DNA from: Antedon mediterranea
Lineage: Eukaryota; Animalia; Echinodermata
Assembly: GCF_964355755.1 (NCBI RefSeq)
Contig: NC_092676.1
Span: 18,494,871-18,558,870, forward strand
Direction of reading: 5' to 3'
Length of the DNA: 64,000 nucleotides
Under the pieces are notes generated by a model. That model saw only the letters and a program-made list of their open reading frames with translations, made no database searches and was not told the DNA's origin. A program made the position numbers and the translations under genes. Shown here piece after piece: positions 59,751 through 64,000 of the stretch (positions are counted from its first letter, which is position 1; the number at the start of each line of letters is the position of its first letter).

Positions 59751-61317
59751 TAAGGTGATAACGATCATTTTTATCAACGTCAACGATATCATGATTAAGA
59801 TAATAATAATAATCATCCGTGATCATGGTTGTGACGGTGTATATGATTATGGATGATGACAAATATGGTGATAACAGTAAGATGAGTATGACATTGTCAT
59901 CACCAATTATCATCATCCTGATTATCATAGCATCACGTCGACCGTCATCGTAAATCAACTCTCTAGTAGACCTACTGTAGACTCCCCATAGAATAAATAA
60001 AGATGACAGAATTTATATTTAACAATACTAGGCTTACTGGAAATTTTGCCGATGTTTTACACATGATGTGTAAAACAAGCATATACGTACAAACAAAGCA
60101 GTTTATAAAACATAAAACGCATAACTATATGAAATATACAAGATTTACGTTTTGTATCACTTACCTAGCTTACTGTGGATTAGTGGCTCTCATGCGAAGA
60201 TGTGTTTAGACTAGTAGACCAAGCAAAGGGCGTGTGCTCGCGATCGAAGTCAAATGCGAAAATTATTTATGTGTAGAGGGCGTTAGGCATAGCGTTTGGT
60301 ATGTGAAGATAAGCTGTATGCATGTCAGTATTACTACTGTACACATCATTCAAGATACCTAATACCATTTTAAAATTAATATCCAACGGAATACTCGAAA
60401 GCGCTAAATCGATCTTACTTTTTCTGGCTAATTTTAGCTGGACCTCATGAGTTTGACAAGAAGGGATATCATTGGCAAACACCAAGAATAAGAGGAAAGT
60501 TGAGTTTAGTTTAGAATTTCCTGTTTCCTTTATTAGACCTACTCAATCAGCTTTTTCTTTGTATCAATAGACTAGATACGATACAAGCTGTACTTGGCGA
60601 GTTGAAAAACAGAGTAGACTTTAAAATACATTGTAGCCATTTAATTAGATGTTACCGGTAAAAAAGACCTACCATAGGCCTAATTATTCTATTTTAGTTT
60701 AATTATGGGTTTTGAATTGATAAATCAGCAGGTTAAAAAGATCAAAACCTACTTTAATTTAGAAAATATTTTCCGATTTAAACAAAATGCATCCAAATAT
60801 TATATTCAATCAACTGCGAATTGAAATGGCAATCTGTCTAAAAAACGTAATATGATTGGACAAAAGTTTGTATAGGCCACGCCCATTTGAATCGTTTTTC
60901 TTTCAAGAGGTCAAGGTATAAGACATTTTAAAGTTTTGCGTATGGCAATCCTACATATCTAGGATGATACTCTTTGCCTGTATTGAATTATTTACATACA
61001 ATATTAATACATTCGTGGTTTGTGATTGTTCGTAGAAATCTCTCGTATAAGTACGAACAAATTTATGAAATTCAGCGGTTATTCTTGTGGACAGTAAGGG
61101 GAACCGTTTTCGCCGCTCAGTGTATGCAGTTATCAATAGAAAAAAACGTTCAAAGTTTAGTTTAAATCTATATATACATTCCCCTCGAATAACGGAATTG
61201 CAATCGTTCCGGTATAATTTCAATTACAGCGATTGTCGTGGATATACCAATAACATTAATAGACAATCAATGTTTTGGCTATATTCCTTCGGATATTTCA
61301 CTGTGTGTACCGTCTTA

Positions 61318-61426
61318 AGCTCTGTCTACACGATCAAACTAGTTTGACAAAAAAATGTTATGTGTCCAAATATGGTAGTGATATGACGTCATTGTGTCCA
61401 TATATCACAATTCTTTAAATTTGATA
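61318..61426. mobile_element. MITE family A copy (right end degenerate)
   Basis: TTA|AGCTCTGTCTACACGATCAAACTAGTTTGAC...CCAAATATGGTAGTGATATG. Confidence 0.65.
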
Positions 61427-62164
61427 ATCGATTCTTCTAGTATTCATACAAACTTAATTAATATAATCAGAATTTAAAAATTGTAATTTATCCATTATGT
61501 TTTAATATAAACAATAATGTTTTTGGCCACATACGTCTTTTACATTGTGTACGATTAGCATAAGTGCTTTCTAATTTATAAATTACGTATTTGTAAGAAA
61601 TATAAGGTAAATGAGTAGAATGTAATGTGTGCCAGAATATATTGTAATATTAATAATAACAATTATCATTATTGTTATTAACAATACTGTTTTGGTTATT
61701 GACTATTTAATTGTGCCCAACTTTAGAATGACTATTCTTTTAATTTATAAATCGATTCTTACTTATTTGTAAGAAAAATATTATAGACTGTATATTCTTT
61801 TTATCTAATTAGAATTGAATGTGTTCAGGAGGAATCGTAATATTAATAAATCTTGCTATTATCCTACGGCTATTTCATTCGAATTGGGATAACTGTCCTA
61901 ATTTATAAAGCGATTCTTCTGTCTTGTCAATAGCATAGACTCTAAAGTCTGTATCTATTAATTAAGAAGTGGTGTGTATCAGAAATCGTGGTAATAATAA
62001 TAATTTCGATTTGATATATCTTATACGGCTATTTCATTCGACTTGAGATTCAATAACTGTTCTGTAATATATGTCAGCGATTCCTCCATATTTGTGAAAG
62101 AAGTATATACTAACTAATGTAATGTGTGCAAATTGTAAAATTAATCATTAGTCTTAGTTAAGTC

Positions 62165-62303
62165 GAAGATGCTCTCCAGATGGAATGCCATCCTGAGATG
62201 AGTAGTAGTAATTTTGTTTATTTTATTTATTTCATTTATATGTAATTTACTTTCTATGGACAGAGTTTCCGAAATAAAAGATTGAATGAATGAATGAATG
62301 AAT
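62165..62303 (+). mobile_element. Probable LINE 3' tail
   Basis: ...TTTCCGAAATAAAAG followed by a (TGAA)n microsatellite tail. Confidence 0.4.
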
Positions 62304-63442
62304 TACCATGGATTTAACAATAACATTATGTTATAACCAATGTTGTTTAGCTATCCTTATAGAGACCGATTTATGATGTTCTAGAGTTAAACAGCGATGT
62401 GTCTTATGTCGGAAATGCATCACAGCATTTGATCTAATAAAATGTAATGTGCCAGCAAAATGTGAATATCCATAGGTAATAATGACATTACTTTTAACCG
62501 TTGGTTTCGATTACATCTTACGGCTATTTCATTTAAATGAACTAGGAATTAGTATATTCTAACTTTAGTTTGACTATTTTGTATAATTGGATCTTGGATT
62601 TCCTAAAATTCGTCTTTTCTTTGCCACAAAGACGAACTTTACCACCTGGTCTAAAAGTGAATTGAATAACCAATCACTTCGGACAAGCCTCCATCGCGTC
62701 GCGAAGCGCACCGCAAGTCTGTATTTAATTCGTCTTTTTAGTGCAGTTTTTTTTTCAAATTATATGTATGAAACAGTCACCATATGCTAAAATATGTATC
62801 TTTAAGGGGTACCGTACTTTTTGGGGTTGAAGGAGGTTTGTTTGTATTGGGTTGCACTTTTATATGGATTCTTAGAACTTTTGCCATTGTTTCTATATAA
62901 TTATTATTATTATTGGTTGTGATTATTGAGTTTAATACATTTTTTGATGCACCTTTTATAGATTATGACACAAAACACTAATTTTTATTTATTTTTACCA
63001 TGGCCATATTGCCCTATCTTTATTTCCTTGTACAGCAGAACCTACTATTAAGAACATATTGAGAATATTTACACGGCTGTACGTTCAATACCTATTATTC
63101 TTTTATGGTTATTTTTGTAAAAGGATTTCAAACAAAAACAGGATTTACTTGGAAAACAATTTAAAGTAAATTGCATGGTAATGTGTTTACGTATATATAA
63201 TGTTTTTGTATTTATTTTCAACCACTAGTTCTTCTCTGTTTCCTTGACTATATTTAGCGACATAACAATGGACTAATCACGTGTTATATTCGAATAACTC
63301 GAATCTGAGAGATGCCGATTTCAACCAACCCATAAAATAAGAAATGACGTCATTAAATTGTAACACATTCATTACATAGAAGATATGTATTCATATTCAT
63401 CGACGCCAATTATTATTTTTTTCAGTACCGTGCTATTTATTG

Positions 63443-63549
63443 AACAAGTCCATATACATGACTGCAGTCGCGTGCTCAAGTTAGTGTTTACCGACCAACA
63501 GACCGACCGACATAGTGAGCTGTAGTGTCTCGTTGCACGCGACTAAAAA
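63443..63549. mobile_element. HINE/DINE-like element, more complete copy
   Basis: AACAAGTCC...AGTCGCGTG...(CCGA)n...CATAGTGAG and terminal imperfect palindrome GTCTCGTTGCACGCGACT-AAAAA. Confidence 0.65.
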
Positions 63550-64000
63550 GCTATTTGGTTTTTATATACACGCTGACCCCCGTTGGCGTGCAGGTAGTCC
63601 CCAGTTTTGCCAATCGGCATAACATGTTATTAGTGCGAATAATATTTAGATCGTTATTTTTTACGCATGTCTATTCATCTACCTTTTGAGATTGTGAGTA
63701 AATTATGAATTTTAAAATTTTCGTTTTTATATTTCGTATACATGTTTGGATTTCTTTCAATTTAGGCCTATTCATAATATTACACTCCCCAAAATAGAAA
63801 GAGAGATCAGTGGTGGATACAGGATGAGATTAGGTACGCTAATGGAAATATATAAAAATTATACCAAAAATCACTGAAGAGAGGCATTAAATTCTATTCA
63901 CAATGTAAATCGGGAAATGCCATATATTTATTTAGAGTTTAGATGTTTCCTGTTGCACTTTCAACAGCTTGTCTTTGAATAATTATTATGTAAATTGCAC

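Noticed and set aside
60267-60485. Possible exon MVFANDIPSCQTHEV...
   Set aside because: No recognisable motif, no clear splice sites and a non-ATG start.

Overview
AT-rich animal (invertebrate-like) genomic DNA, not prokaryotic. It contains three conserved multi-exon genes: BAZ1B/WSTF (minus strand, running off the left edge), GEN1 (plus strand, head-to-head with BAZ1B) and ACTL6/BAF53 (plus strand). BAZ1B and ACTL6 each carry a U12-type GT-AG intron. Next come three head-to-tail copies (40.8-50.7 kb) of a 6-exon, 353-aa gene I do not recognise. Its product starts with an MGNNCS acylation motif and has a polybasic patch; the promoter has an X-box-like motif, and copy 3 is a mosaic of copies 1 and 2. 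An intronless 194-aa ORF at 57.5-58.1 kb looks like a metacaspase/clan-CD fold protein with the catalytic Cys replaced by Tyr. Other features: a 37 x 92-bp satellite built from a BAZ1B splice-acceptor region, a minimal hammerhead ribozyme motif in a BAZ1B intron, and many LINE, SINE, MITE and Helentron-like remnants. All calls come from manual reading; no database searches were run.
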